Part shown: piece by piece, positions 11,322 to 23,659 of the stretch
How positions within the stretch are numbered: the first letter of the stretch is position 1
How the letters are laid out: every line of letters starts with the position of its first letter
Assembly: GCA_964016885.1 (NCBI GenBank)
Contig: OZ024755.1
Coordinates: 28,644,001-28,708,000 of the forward strand
Direction: 5' to 3'
DNA length: 64,000 nt
From: Eledone cirrhosa
Taxonomy: Eukaryota
The notes under the pieces: model-generated
Database searches by the model: none
The model's input: only the letters and a program-made list of their open reading frames with translations
What the model was told of the DNA's origin: nothing
Program-made: the position numbers and the translations under genes

Positions 11322-12732
11322 TATGTGTGTGTGTGTGTGGGTGTGTGGGTGTTTGTGTGGGTGTGTGGGTGTTTGTGTGGGTGTGTGTTTGTGTGTGTGT
11401 GTGTGTGTGGGTGTTTGTGTGGATGTGTGTTTGTGTGTGTTTCTGCATGAATGTGTGTGTGTGTTTCTGCATGAATGTGTGTGTGTGTTTGCGTGGGTGT
11501 GTGTGTTTGTGTAGGTGTGTGTTTGTGTGTGTGTGTCTGCACGAATGTGTTTGTGTGTGTCTGCATGAATGTGTGTGTGTTTGTGTGGGTGGGTGTTTGT
11601 GTGTGTGTGTCTGCATGAATGTGTGTGTGTTTGTGTGGGTGTGTGTTTGTGTGTATGTTTGTGTGTGTGTGTATGTCTGCATGAATGTGTGTGTGTGTGT
11701 GTCCCCGCATCAATGTGTGTGTGTTTGTGTGGGTGTGTGTTTGTGTCTGTGTGTGTCTGCATGAATGTGTGTTCGTCTGTTTCTGTGTGTGTGTCTGCAT
11801 GAATGCGTGTGTGTGTTTGTATGTTTGTGTGTGTGTGTCTGCATGAATGTGTGTGTGTTCGTGTGTTTTTGTGTAGGTGTGTGTTTGTGTGCGTGTGTCT
11901 GCATGAATGTGTGTGTTTGTGTGGGTGTGTGTTTGTGTGTGTGTGTCTGCATGAATGTGTGTGTTTGTGTGGGTGTGTGTTTGTGTGTGTGTGTCTGCAT
12001 GAATGTGTGTGTGTGTGTGTGTCTGCATGAATGCGTGTGTGTGTGTGTGTGTCTGCATGAATGTGTGTGTGTGTTCGTGTGTTTTGTGTGTGTGTCTGCA
12101 AGAATGTGTGTTTGTGTGGGTGTGTGTTTGTGTGTGTGTCTGCAAGAATGTGTGTTTGTGTGGGTGTGTGTTTGTGTGTGTGTGTGTGTGTTTGCATGAA
12201 TGTGTGTGGGTGTTTGTTTGTGTGTGTGTATATGTGTGTGTGTGCGTTTGTGTGTGTGTATGTGCGTCTGTGTATGAATATGTGTGTGTTTGTTTGTGTG
12301 CGTGTGTATGTGTGTTTTTGTATGAATGTATGTGTGTGTGTGTTTGTTTGTGCGAGTGAGTGTGTTTGTGTGTGTTTATATGTTTGTGTGTATGTGTGTG
12401 CCTGAAATTCTGTGTGTGTGTGTGTGTGTGTGTTTGGTTGTCTGTATGTGCGTCTGTTTGTGTTTGTTTGTGTATGTTTGCATGTATGTGTGTGTTTGTT
12501 TGTGTATGTATGTATGTGTGTGTTTGTTTGTGTATGTATGCATGTATGTGTGTGTGTTTGTGTATTATGTATGTATGTATGTATGTATGTGTGTGTGTTT
12601 GTGTATGTATGTATGTTTGTGTGTGTTTGTTTGTGTATGTATGCATGTATGTATATGTGTGTGTTTGTGTATGTATGTATGTATGTGTGTGTGTTTGTGT
12701 ATGTATGTATGTATGTATGTTTGTGTGTTTGT
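11322..12732. repeat. (GT)n-derived minisatellite with CTGCATGAAT anchors, grading into (GTAT)n
   Basis: Direct inspection. Confidence 0.9.
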
Positions 12733-12813
12733 GGCGGTGGATGTGGTATAGGTAGTTGTTATGATGTTAGCTGTAGTGATGCTGTTGTTTTTATTTCTGC
12801 TGTTCGTATTGAA

Positions 12814-14019
12814 GGTGGTAGTGGTAGTGGTGGTGGTAGTGGTGGTGGTGGTGGTGGTTGTGGCAGTGGAGGTGGTAGTGGAGGTGGTAGTGGTGGTGGC
12901 AGTGGAGGTGGCAGTGGAGGTGGAGGTGGTAGTGGCAGTGGAGGTGGTAGTGGTAGTGGAGGTGGTAGTGGTGGTGGTGGTGGTGGTGGAGGTGGTAGTG
13001 GAGGTGGTAGTGGAGGTGGTAGTGGTGGTGGCAGTGGAGGTGGCAGTGGAGGTGGCAGTGGAGGTGGAGGTGGTAGTGGAGGTGGTAGTGGCAGTGGAGG
13101 TGGTAGTGGAGGTGGTAGTGGTAGTGGTGGTGGTAGTGGATGTGGCAGTGGAGGTGGTAGTGGAGGTGGTAGTGGTAGTGGAGATGGTAGTGGAGGTGGT
13201 AGTGGAGGTGGTAGTTGCAGTGGTTATGGTAGTGGAGGTGGCAGTGGAGGTGGCAGTGGAGGTGGTAGTGGAAGAGGTAGTGGTAGTGGAGGTGGCAGTG
13301 GAGGTGGTAGTGGAGGTGGCAATGGAAGTGGTAGTGGAGGTGGAGGTGGTAGTGGAGGTGGTAGTGGAAGAGGTAGTGGTAGTGGAGGTGGTAGTGGCGG
13401 TGGAGGTGGTAGTGGAGGTGGTAGCGGCAGTGGAGGTGGTAGTGGAGGTGGCAGTGGATGTGGTAGTGGCAGTGGCTATGGAAGTGGAGGTGGTAGTGGA
13501 TGTGGTAGTGGCAGTGGATGTGGTAGTGGCAGTGGCTATGGAAGTGGAGGTGGTAGTGGATGTGGTAGTGGCAGTGGAGGTGGTAGTGGAGGTGGTAGTG
13601 GAGGTGGTAGTGGATGTGGTAGTGGCAGTGGAGGTGGTAGTGGAGGTAGCAGTGGAGGTGGTAGTGGCAGTGGAGGTGGTAGTGGAGGTGGCAGTTGCAG
13701 TGGTTATGGTAGTGGAGGTGGTAGTGGAGGTAGCAGTGGAGGTGGTAGTGGCAGTGGCTATGGTAGTGGAGGTGGTAGTGGCAGTGGCTATGGTAGTGGA
13801 GGTGGTAGTGGATGTGGTAGTGGCAGTGGAGGTGGTAGTGGCAGTGGCTATGGTAGTGGAGGTGGTAGTGGATGTGGTAGTGGAAGTGGAGGTGGTAGTG
13901 GCAGTGCCTATGGTAGTGAAGGTGGTAGTGGCAGTGGAGGTGGTAGTGTAGGTGGTAGTGGAGGTGGTTATGGCAGTGGCTATGGTAACGGAGGTGGTAG
14001 TGGTGGTGGAGGTGTTGGA

Positions 14020-14050
<31 letters not shown>

Positions 14051-14066
14051 GTGGTGGTGGTGGTGT
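12814..14066. repeat. GGT/AGT/GGA triplet-based low-complexity tract
   Basis: GGTAGTGGAGGT 12-bp units; source of the Gly/Ser, Val/Glu and His ORFs. Confidence 0.9.
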
Positions 14067-14194
14067 GACCCGGCGACAGTTGTGCTGGTGGCGAAACCTA
14101 ATATACTGGTGGAGAGAATGAGAGGAAAAGAAAAACAGTTAGGTGTGAGATAACGAAATGAGAGAGACAGATACATAGAGAGACAGAGATAGAT

Positions 14195-14685
14195 ATGCTT
14201 CTTCATTAGCCACAGGGGCACAAAAGAAGGGGACAAATACAAAGGGGGAAGTTTACATACAATAAAAACGTGTAAAATACTATCACAAATGCAATTTAAA
14301 AATTAATCGATTTTGCCCAATAGGGGAGACATTTCATATGGGTAACACATACCCCCGAAAAAATGTGCAACCCTCATCTCCAAGAGTACGAAGAGTTTGT
14401 ACCCCTTTCCTCTCTTCCTCTTTTTCCTCAACTTACAGGCTGATATAGAGAGAAGGCCCAACCACTCGGGCCATTCTCGCCACTTTCACCCACCTTTCAT
14501 AAAACTTGGTGGGGTACAATACCTCTCTCTCTATCCTGATTCTTCTTCCAAAGTGGTATTTGAAAAAAAGAATCAGTTGTTGGCCGGAGAGAAAGGTGTC
14601 TGACCTCAGCCCTTTCAACCTCGTCCACCATACAACCTCTTTCGCCATAGCTATCACACAAATGAAAACCGTCTCTCCTTCGTTT
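14195..14685 (-). mobile_element. L1/Tx1-like LINE ORF2 C-terminus plus 3' UTR
   Basis: IAMAKEVVWWTRLKG...FFKYHFGRRIRIEREV...FYERWVKVA resembles the AK-xW-R...F-RW ending of L1/Tx1 ORF2; a related 3' end lies at 23660-23970. Confidence 0.6.
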
Positions 14686-14729
14686 TTGAAGATATATAGA
14701 TTTATATATATATAGTTTAAATATAGATG

Positions 14730-14780
14730 AGATTCTACAGGACTAGAACTGTTTCATTCTTTAGAAATCATCAGGAATCT
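14730..14780 (-). ncRNA. Type I hammerhead ribozyme motif (inverted copy)
   Basis: Exact reverse complement of 14913-14963. Confidence 0.75.
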
Positions 14781-14912
14781 GGGTATCAAAAAATAAATAT
14801 GGTAATTATGAATTCCCTTTTCTATCAACCAATGACCTCTACCCATCCCACTCCCTACCCTCTCCTACCACCTGAAGAGACCTATAAATACCATATTTAT
14901 TTTTTGATACCC

Positions 14913-14963
14913 AGATTCCTGATGATTTCTAAAGAATGAAACAGTTCTAGTCCTGTAGAATCT
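14913..14963 (+). ncRNA. Type I hammerhead ribozyme motif
   Basis: AGATTC-CTGATGA-T TTC TAAA GAA T-GAAA-CAG TTCTAGTC CTG-TA-GAATCT: stem I AGATTC/GAATCT, stem II TTC/GAA, stem III CAG/CTG, GUA cleavage triplet. Confidence 0.8.
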
Positions 14964-15045
14964 CATCTATATTAAAACTTGTATATTCTGCTATGTATTA
15001 AGTACCTTACTTACTGTGGTTACCTCCGATCAACCCGGAATAACG

Positions 15046-15092
<47 letters not shown>

Positions 15093-15829
15093 GCAAAAGT
15101 TCTATTTAAAATTGTTGGGATACAACAAGTCAATATATTTATAACTGATATAAAGCACTCGACAAGTATTTGGAGTAGATATACGATATTAATAAATGGA
15201 AACTATATTTGCCCAATAGGGGAGACATTTCATATGGGTAACACATACCCCCGAAAAAATCTGCAACCCTCATCTCCAGGAGTACGAAGAGTTTGTACCC
15301 CTTTCCTCTCTTCCTCTTTTTCCTCAATAATTTGGTATCCCTGAAATATGTATAATGAAATAAATATGGTTTTATAAATATAGTTTCCATTTATTAATAT
15401 CGTATATATATATATATATATATATATATAGCTAGATAAATAGAGAGATAGATAAATAAATAGTTAGATATAGATTTACAGAGGTAAATAAAGAAATAAA
15501 TACACACAGACAGACATATAGATTGATAGATAGATAGATGGTTAGATTAAGATATTTATTTTGTGAATTTAAAGCGAATATTAACCATCCAAACACGCCT
15601 TACTACATAGAGAGGAAACAATTCACTACCACTATTAGTTGTCTACAACACCACCGAAGCCATACCAACAGAAACACTAAAACGACGCCCGCAAAAAAAC
15701 AAACCATAAAAATCACATAAACAAAAAAAAACAAACAACATACGACCTTCATTATAATCAACATCATCATCATCATCACTAACATCATCATGCCAATCTC
15801 ACAACAATATAATCTCCACAATTGTTACT

Positions 15830-16368
15830 GAATTGGCAGTATCGGCAGAACCTCAGACACCATGCTTCGCAGCATAAAGTTCTGAGATAAAATCCTGCCG
15901 TTCATCCTTGCGGGATCGATGAAATAAAAGGTACCAGTAATGTACTGCAATATTTGCTGGCCTTGTGCTAAAAGTAGAAATAATTGTTACTGATGCTAAT
16001 ATTACAGCTACACAGATATACAACGGATCTGGACCCGTTTTCCGAATCCCAAATTACTTTACTTGATTTAGTCAACCATCATTAATCCCGCCGAGGTTGA
16101 CTTTGCCTTTCATCCTTACGGGGTCGATAAAATAAAGTACCAGTAATGCACTATGTAATTGCTGGCCTTGTGCCTAAAGTAGAGACAATTATATGGTCAT
16201 CTATTGTTATTATAGGGCGGTATCCCCGCTGAGGTTAACTTTGCCTTTCATCCTTACGGGGGTCGATAAAATAAAGTACCAGTCACGCACTGGGGTCGAT
16301 TTAATCGATATCCCCCCCCCCCCCCAAAAAAAAAATTGGTGGCCTTGTGCCAAAAGTAGAAACAATTA
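15830..16368 (+). mobile_element. Three SINE family A copies or fragments
   Basis: 15830-15985, 16084-16190, and 16225-16368 (longer variant with CACGCACTGGGGTCGATTTAATCGA insert). Confidence 0.85.
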
Positions 16369-16500
16369 TTATAGTTATCTGCATTGTGGAGATTATATTT
16401 TTAAAATTCAAGTTTTAGATAAGTCAACCAAGTGTGATTACAGAGAGATAAATTCACAAACACTGATGCACACAAACACTGATGCACACACACATACACG

Positions 16501-16555
<55 letters not shown>

Positions 16556-16559
<4 letters not shown>

Positions 16560-16702
16560 TTAGAAATTATAAGCTTTCACCGTATTTTAGACTGTACGGC
16601 AACACTCATCTTTTTCCATTTCACCGAGGGTTATAAACCCCACTATCAGGCTAGAAATTTCTTTAGTCTAAAATACGGTGAAAGCTTATAATTTCTAATT
16701 TC
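16556..16702. repeat. 38-bp inverted repeat between (TA)n tracts
   Basis: GAAATTAGAAATTATAAGCTTTCACCGTATTTTAGACT / AGTCTAAAATACGGTGAAAGCTTATAATTTCTAATTTC. Confidence 0.9.
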
Positions 16703-16731
16703 AAACTCGCGCACCGCTTCAAAAACATACT

Positions 16732-16769
<38 letters not shown>

Positions 16770-16772
<3 letters not shown>

Positions 16773-16966
16773 CGAAGGAAATGTGGTAAGGAACCAGATG
16801 GACAATAACGCACCAAAGTACTCAATACTTAGGGTAGTAGAGTGGGTAATAGGAACGAGTAGGACCCCGACGGCTGAGCTCAAGCCGTTTCGACGGCTAA
16901 TACTGGACTAAGAATTAGCTGTCGAAACGGCTTGAGCTCAGCCGTCGGGGTCCTACTCGTTCCTAT
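16770..16966. mobile_element. Fold-back Penelope-like pLTR fragment carrying a hammerhead 3' half
   Basis: 53-bp arms (16849-16901 / 16914-16966); GAAA-CGGCT-TGAGCTC-AGCCG-TC-GGGG; flanked by (TA)n; second copy at 23199-23381. Confidence 0.65.
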
Positions 16967-16980
16967 ATATATATATATAT

Positions 16981-17283
16981 ATAATTGTTTATGCTTTTGG
17001 CACAAGGCCACCAAATACCCATTGTATTACTGGTACTTTATTTTATCGACCCCGTAAGGATGAAAGGCAAAGTTAACCTCGGCGGGATTTGAACTGAGAA
17101 TGGCAAGGACCGTAACTTTATGCGTCAAAGCATGGCGTCCGACCCTCTACCGATACTGCCAATCCACCGCCCTATAAAAATTGTTTCTACTTTTGGCACA
17201 AGGCCAGCAAATATCCAGTACATTACTGGTACTTTAGTTTATCGACCCCGTAAGGATGAAAGGCAAAGTAAACCTCGGCGGGG
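16981..17283 (-). mobile_element. Two SINE family A copies
   Basis: Full copy 16981-17170 and partial copy 17178-17283. Confidence 0.88.
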
Positions 17284-17496
17284 AGATCATAAAAGGGCTG
17301 TAACTTCGAATGGCCGTTGACTCTCATGAGTTCTTCCGCCCTTTGTCAGGTTTTGTATTTTGTCCTGCAGGGTGTCCAAAATCACCCTCCTCACCAAGTA
17401 AACTTGGTGGAGTTGCCGGTTTAGTCGCCGACGACCCGACCATGTGACAAGTTGTACTGGGTTACATGTTACTAGTAGCACTCAAGAGTGTCCCGA

Positions 17497-17600
17497 CATA
17501 CACACACATATACATACATACATACATACATACATACATACATACATACATACATACATACATACATACATACATACATACATACGTATATACATACATA
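17497..17600. repeat. (CATA)n microsatellite
   Basis: Direct inspection. Confidence 0.95.
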
Positions 17601-18450
17601 CTTACTTACTTACTCTTATACTTACTTTACAAACGTCTGTATGCTAAAACCTCTATATCTTTTCGCTATCACTAATATACCTTTTCCCCAGCAATAATTC
17701 TTCCATCACTATCACTACTGTAAAAAGCTCTAATTACACCCACCCAGCTTCCCCACATCTCATCATGGTGTACGTCTTACATATTATGCGTTGAGAGAGA
17801 TTGCATGTCTTTTGTTCATGACAGCTAGATACTAATCAGTAGGTAAAATACATTAGGGACACAACAGACATGTCAGCAGTAACATAAACAACTGTGACAG
17901 CAAACGTGTGGGCCAATGTATCTTCCTTTCACGGCGTGCCTGATGGATGGACTCATGTCTTACAACAGAACAAATTTGAATAATGTTTTGAAGGAGATAA
18001 AGAGTCTACTCTCCAAATCGTCGATAAACTTGTTAGAAAAAGTACCCAGATCAACCGTAACTTGTTGACTGTCGCGTATATTTTACACAGCTACAATTGC
18101 TGGGTCAGTTTTATGATTATTTTGATTGACAAACGTCACATCAATAAACTATTAACCCCATCTAGCTTTGAAGTTATGAACTGTGGGAGGGATGGATGCA
18201 TTACACTGACCAGACGATCAATACGCTGTAAACACCCTCTACATGAAACGTTAAGCACTCGGAATTTTGTGGCTAATGTCACACAGTCGTGCATCGTGAT
18301 TGTAATATCTATAGACAATTGTAGAATGTGAATAACTGTGGTTCCCTTTCGACACGCGCTTTTCCACACCTCATTTGTTTGACGGAGCTAATCTCTTAAT
18401 TCAAGCAACAACCAAGATTTAGCGACTGTCATCTGGAGTGTTGATGGACC

Positions 18451-18835
18451 TGTAGCGACTAGCACCACCTTGCCCGGGGAGAAAAAACTAATTGGGGTTA
18501 CTTCCCGTTGAATTCTAGAAGATTCCTTGAACTTCCGGTCTAGGGATTATAAAAGAGGGAGAAACCACTTTAGTGAATTGGTCACAGGGTTATTTACTTT
18601 GGTAAACGCCACTGCAGGCCAACCACTAATTTAATTCGATACAGATATAATAAGATTAACAAACTCGCTCGTGAGTGAACTGTCCGAGAGCCGGTCGCCA
18701 AATAAACTAAGATGTCTCTTTTCTCCCTCCTTTATAACTCCCTAGACAGGAAGTTCAAGGAATCTTTTAGAATTCAACGGGAAGTAACTCCAATTAGTTG
18801 TTTCTCCCCCGGGCAAGGTGGTGCTAGTCGCTACA
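18451..18835. mobile_element. Ginger-like non-autonomous DNA transposon (TGT...ACA, long TIRs, 4-bp TSD)
   Basis: ~115-bp TIRs starting TGTAGCGACTAGCACCACCTTGCCCGGGG; GACC directly flanks both ends (18447-50, 18836-39). Confidence 0.75.
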
Positions 18836-18944
18836 GACCTTTGGTGGTACAGACACATTGCCATCCAGTAAATAATTAATGTTGGGGGAGGGTTTGTTCT
18901 CGGGGAAACACTACGCCTCAATAAAATCAATTAGCCGGCCTGTA

Positions 18945-19222
18945 CTCTAGTCCCTCTCTTAGAGTATCCAGGACGGCCAATGAGAGCACTTCCACACCTA
19001 AAGAAGTTTTCTCGAATGCGCAAAGCACATTTTAGGAAGATCTAACAAGAGATTTCTGGAAATTATACTCATTTCTCAATGTAAAATGTCTGTGTTTAGC
19101 ACAGATATTTTACATAGTTAGATCTTCCTAAAAGAACTTTGTTGTGCATTCGAGAAAACTTCTTTATGTGTGGAAGTGCTCTCATCGGCCCTGCCCTAGA
19201 TACTCTAAGAGAGGGACTAGAG
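18945..19222. mobile_element. Fold-back/MITE-like element with ~100-bp TIRs
   Basis: CTCTAGTCCCTCTCTTAGAGTATC...TTTTAGGAAGATCTAAC versus GTTAGATCTTCCTAAAA...GATACTCTAAGAGAGGGACTAGAG; no clear TSD. Confidence 0.7.
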
Positions 19223-20376
19223 GAATTGACTCAAAAGCATTTGGTTAAGAAGAAGCGGTAGGCAACATACAACATGGGAGGAGATAGTTGCTAGCTTAGA
19301 AGAAGCGGTTAGGATGCCATTGTAACCGAGCTAACAGCTGCGTGGATGGCATTGAACTATTTCCTCAATTAGAAACTTGAATCCAATTAAACAAAGAAAT
19401 GATCTTACATATGCACGATATAGGCAATCGGAAGATATGAAATATGAGCAGAGATAATTAATATATCTAGAAAGTCATTTGAACATTATGTCAAACATAA
19501 TACCAATAAAAATCTCTAATAACGAATGCAAAACGAATTGATGACTTAAGCGTTATGTATTTTCCATTCTATAACATGTATCTAAAACATGTGCATTGAG
19601 AAACGGTTATACAATAGAAGTCCATAAAATATGGGCCCATAGGAGTTCTTTGAGAATGTTGTGTGACTGAAATTAAAACTAATAGCGAAGTATTAATAAT
19701 GGCAAATATTTATTAAATTAGGAAATAAATGCATAATGTTGACTGTTATTCGCAGAAAGAAAAAGAAATGACGAAATGAACGAGAGGAGGCACACACTGA
19801 GATTTCTCTATATGGACAATGTCAATTACTGCTGAAATATAGTTAATATAAAATACAGAATAAGAGGCAGTTCGCAACACATGGTATTATGCCTACAGAG
19901 AATGGAGGATACCTTCTGATACTGAAGACTTAAGGTGATCATATAGTCTCTTGTAGTGTGTGGGGGTTTAATATCACTTGTAATAGCTGTGATTTTTGTT
20001 ACAGTTGATGGCACTAATATTTTGATGGTGATTGTCATGATTCTGAAAGTGTTGGTGTCAATAATAAAATACGTGGGTTTTAAGGGGGTATGGGGTATTG
20101 TGTTTAGTTTAATGTCAATCCTTAACAAACACATATATGATCATAGGTATTCTATCATTGACCACCCCCTCTTGTTCCAATTTGCTGGGAACGTCATCAG
20201 CGTGGAGATTTTGTTTTTGCCTTTAGCAGGTCAAGCATTATGTACAATCTTTCTTAATTGATCATATTGATATGATAACATTTGTGGTGATGGATTTGCT
20301 ATTTACTCCCAAACAAGTCTTCATTCACCCAACACTATGATTGAATGGATTTTAACATTAATGATCTCATCATTTG

Positions 20377-21019
<643 letters not shown>

Positions 21020-21057
21020 AATTAGATTCGTCATTGCCAGCATTATTGAACAATGTA

Positions 21058-21238
21058 GGGCAGTAGATTGGTAGTATCGGTAGAGGGTCGGACGCCATGC
21101 TTTGACGCAGGGAGTTACGGCCCTTGCTATTCTGAGTTCAAATCCCGCCGAGGTTAACTTTACCTTCCATCCTTACGGGGTCGATAAAATAAAGTACTGG
21201 GTAATTGCTGGCCTTGTGCCAAAAGTAGAAACAATTAT
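21058..21238 (+). mobile_element. SINE family A with TSD
   Basis: Flanked by ATTATTGAACAATGTAGG direct repeats. Confidence 0.92.
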
Positions 21239-21646
21239 TGAACAATGTAGGATATTATTTGATGTGGTTCTAGCTGCTATTTTCAGCTTGAAAAATAACT
21301 GCTTGGAGGCTACTTTTGGCGGTGTGTGTCTGCAATTTTACAGACCGCAATGCCTGCAGTTTCGATAATACATAAGTACGTTTTAGTAGAATGGAATGTG
21401 TGATATTGTAGGAATGCTCATTGTGATGTTAGTAGCGGTAGTAATTATTATATTTGAGATGCTAGTGTGTCAGTGATGGGTTCGAGTTTAATGATTGTTA
21501 TGATGATTATTTTGAACATGGAGCTTGCAGAGGTTAGACGGGTGTAATAGAATAGGCAGTAGATGCCCTGGTATTTCTATTGCTATAAATGACAGCAGAG
21601 AATGCAGTAACGCACTAACGTTGATTTTCAGTTGTTGAGGCATTAT

Positions 21647-21833
21647 TGGTGGATTGGCATTATCGGTAGAGGGTCGGACGCCATGCGTTGAAGCATAGAA
21701 TTACCTCCCTGTATGATCTGAGTTCAAATCCCGCCGCGGTTAACTTTGCCTTTCATCTTTCCGGGCTCGATAAAATAAAGTGCCAGTAATGCACTGGTTA
21801 ATTGCTGGCCTTGTGCCAAATGTAGAAACAATT
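21647..21833 (+). mobile_element. SINE family A
   Basis: A and B boxes plus core. Confidence 0.9.
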
Positions 21834-23071
21834 TTTACATTGTAACAAGTTTGCAGCAATGGCAGCTGAATTGAAATAAATCTTAGTGACGATATTAATG
21901 TTATTGGTAGTATTGTTGTTGCTAGTATTCTGTCAGCAGCGCCATCAGTACCGTTATCAACACAACTAGTTCTAGTAACAACGGTAAGAGATGCTAGAAA
22001 TATGAAGCAAACAATAACAACAATTGCAAACTAAGCAACTAAAAACAGTAGCAGCAGTAAAGGAAGACAGCAGTGGGTTATGTAAAAGTGTAGCTGATTT
22101 CTTTCTCGTCTATCACATACAGTTTTCATTGGTCTATAACAGCAAAATTGATCGATTTTTCTCAATGGGGATTGCGGTCAGCATTGCCGATTCGATTGAT
22201 GAATGAACTACAGCAACAAATACATAAATTAATAATAATCATAATAACTACAATAACTATAATGATAAGTATAATAACTATACTACTACTACTACTACTA
22301 CTTCTACTACTACTACTAATAATAATAATAACAACAATAATGATTGACTCTAACTCCCTGGCTGGCGAGCTACTGGCTGAGATAGTATAAGTTGGCGGAT
22401 TGACTGACTGACTCAGTGAATGAATGCCTAAATGAAAGTATGAATGAATGAATGAATGAATGAATGAATGAATGAATACGACATATGAATGGAAAATTTC
22501 TATGAATGAATGAATGAATTGGACTTACAAACAACATGACTAGCATAGCTAGATGCTATATCGAACATAATATAAGTTTCAAGCAGAGGAGGGAGTAGTT
22601 TATAAAGGCTAGCCTAAAAAAGACATTGCAATACAAAACAAACACGCGTGTGCGTATCTTTATATCCATTTCATATCGAAGGACATGTGAATGGATAATC
22701 TATATTCTGTAGTAGAGATTAACATTTTATTAGGGTCCAATCAGTTTCTACGTTATTCGGGAGTTTTATTAGTCTGTTCAGGGGGGGGGGGGTCAACAGA
22801 CAAGACTGTCGTATCTGATGATCATGTGATCTTTAACGAAACTCCAGGGCGTAGGATAAATGAGACGAACATTACACAGGTACACGATCAAACACACACA
22901 CAAACAAAGACACACACACACACAGACACACACACACACACACATATATATATATTAATAATAATAATAATAAATGTGAAGACTAAAATCCAAAGGGGCC
23001 TCGATAAGGATAAATATATATCATATATGTGAGAACCCTAGAGCAAATATTTATTAAAATGACACATTAAA

Positions 23072-23120
23072 GTTTAAGCAAAGAATCGCTGTTTTCACCC
23101 TTAATGGGATCTTCTGAAAC
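23072..23120 (-). ncRNA. Decayed hammerhead-like motif
   Basis: GTTT-CAGAAGA-TCCC ATTAA GGGT-GAAA-...-TT-AAAC; core U4 mutated to A. Confidence 0.4.
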
Positions 23121-23141
23121 ATATATATATATATATAATCA

Positions 23142-23198
<57 letters not shown>

Positions 23199-23200
<2 letters not shown>

Positions 23201-23381
23201 CGAAGGAAATGTGGTAAGGAACCAGGTGGACCATAACGCACCAAAGTACTCAATACTTAGGGTAGTAGAGTGGGTAATAGGAACGAGTAGGACCCCGACG
23301 TCTGAGCTCAAAGCGTTTCGACGGCAGAATTAGCCGTCGAAACGGCTTGAGCTCAGCCGTCGGGGTCCTACTCGTTCCTAT
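23199..23381. mobile_element. Second fold-back pLTR-like copy with hammerhead 3' half
   Basis: Near-identical to 16770-16966; arms 23277-23325 / 23333-23381; (TA)n on both sides. Confidence 0.65.
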
Positions 23382-23442
23382 ATATATATATATATATATA
23401 TATACGTGTGTGTGTGTGTGTATATATAATATTAGTAATAAT

Positions 23443-23643
23443 TATAATTGTTTCTACTTTAGGCACAAGACCAGCAATTTGAAGGGAAATAAGAAGGCAA
23501 TTAAATCGACCCCAGTGGATTACTGGTACTTTATTTTATCGACCCCCGTAAGGATTAAAGGCAAAGCTAACCTCGGCAGGAGTTGAACTCAGACCGTAAA
23601 GCATGGCGTCCGACTCTCTACCGATACTGCCAATTCACTGCCC
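23443..23643 (-). mobile_element. SINE family A (long variant)
   Basis: Consensus match. Confidence 0.85.
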
Positions 23644-23659
23644 TTTATAGTAATAATGA

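Noticed and set aside
10000-12755. Long ORFs rich in C/V/H/T
   Set aside because: Translations of (GT)n and (ACT)n microsatellites, open in most frames by composition.
22805-22870. CTGATGA...CGAAAC...GTA hammerhead-like motif
   Set aside because: Stems I and II do not pair convincingly; at best a decayed copy.
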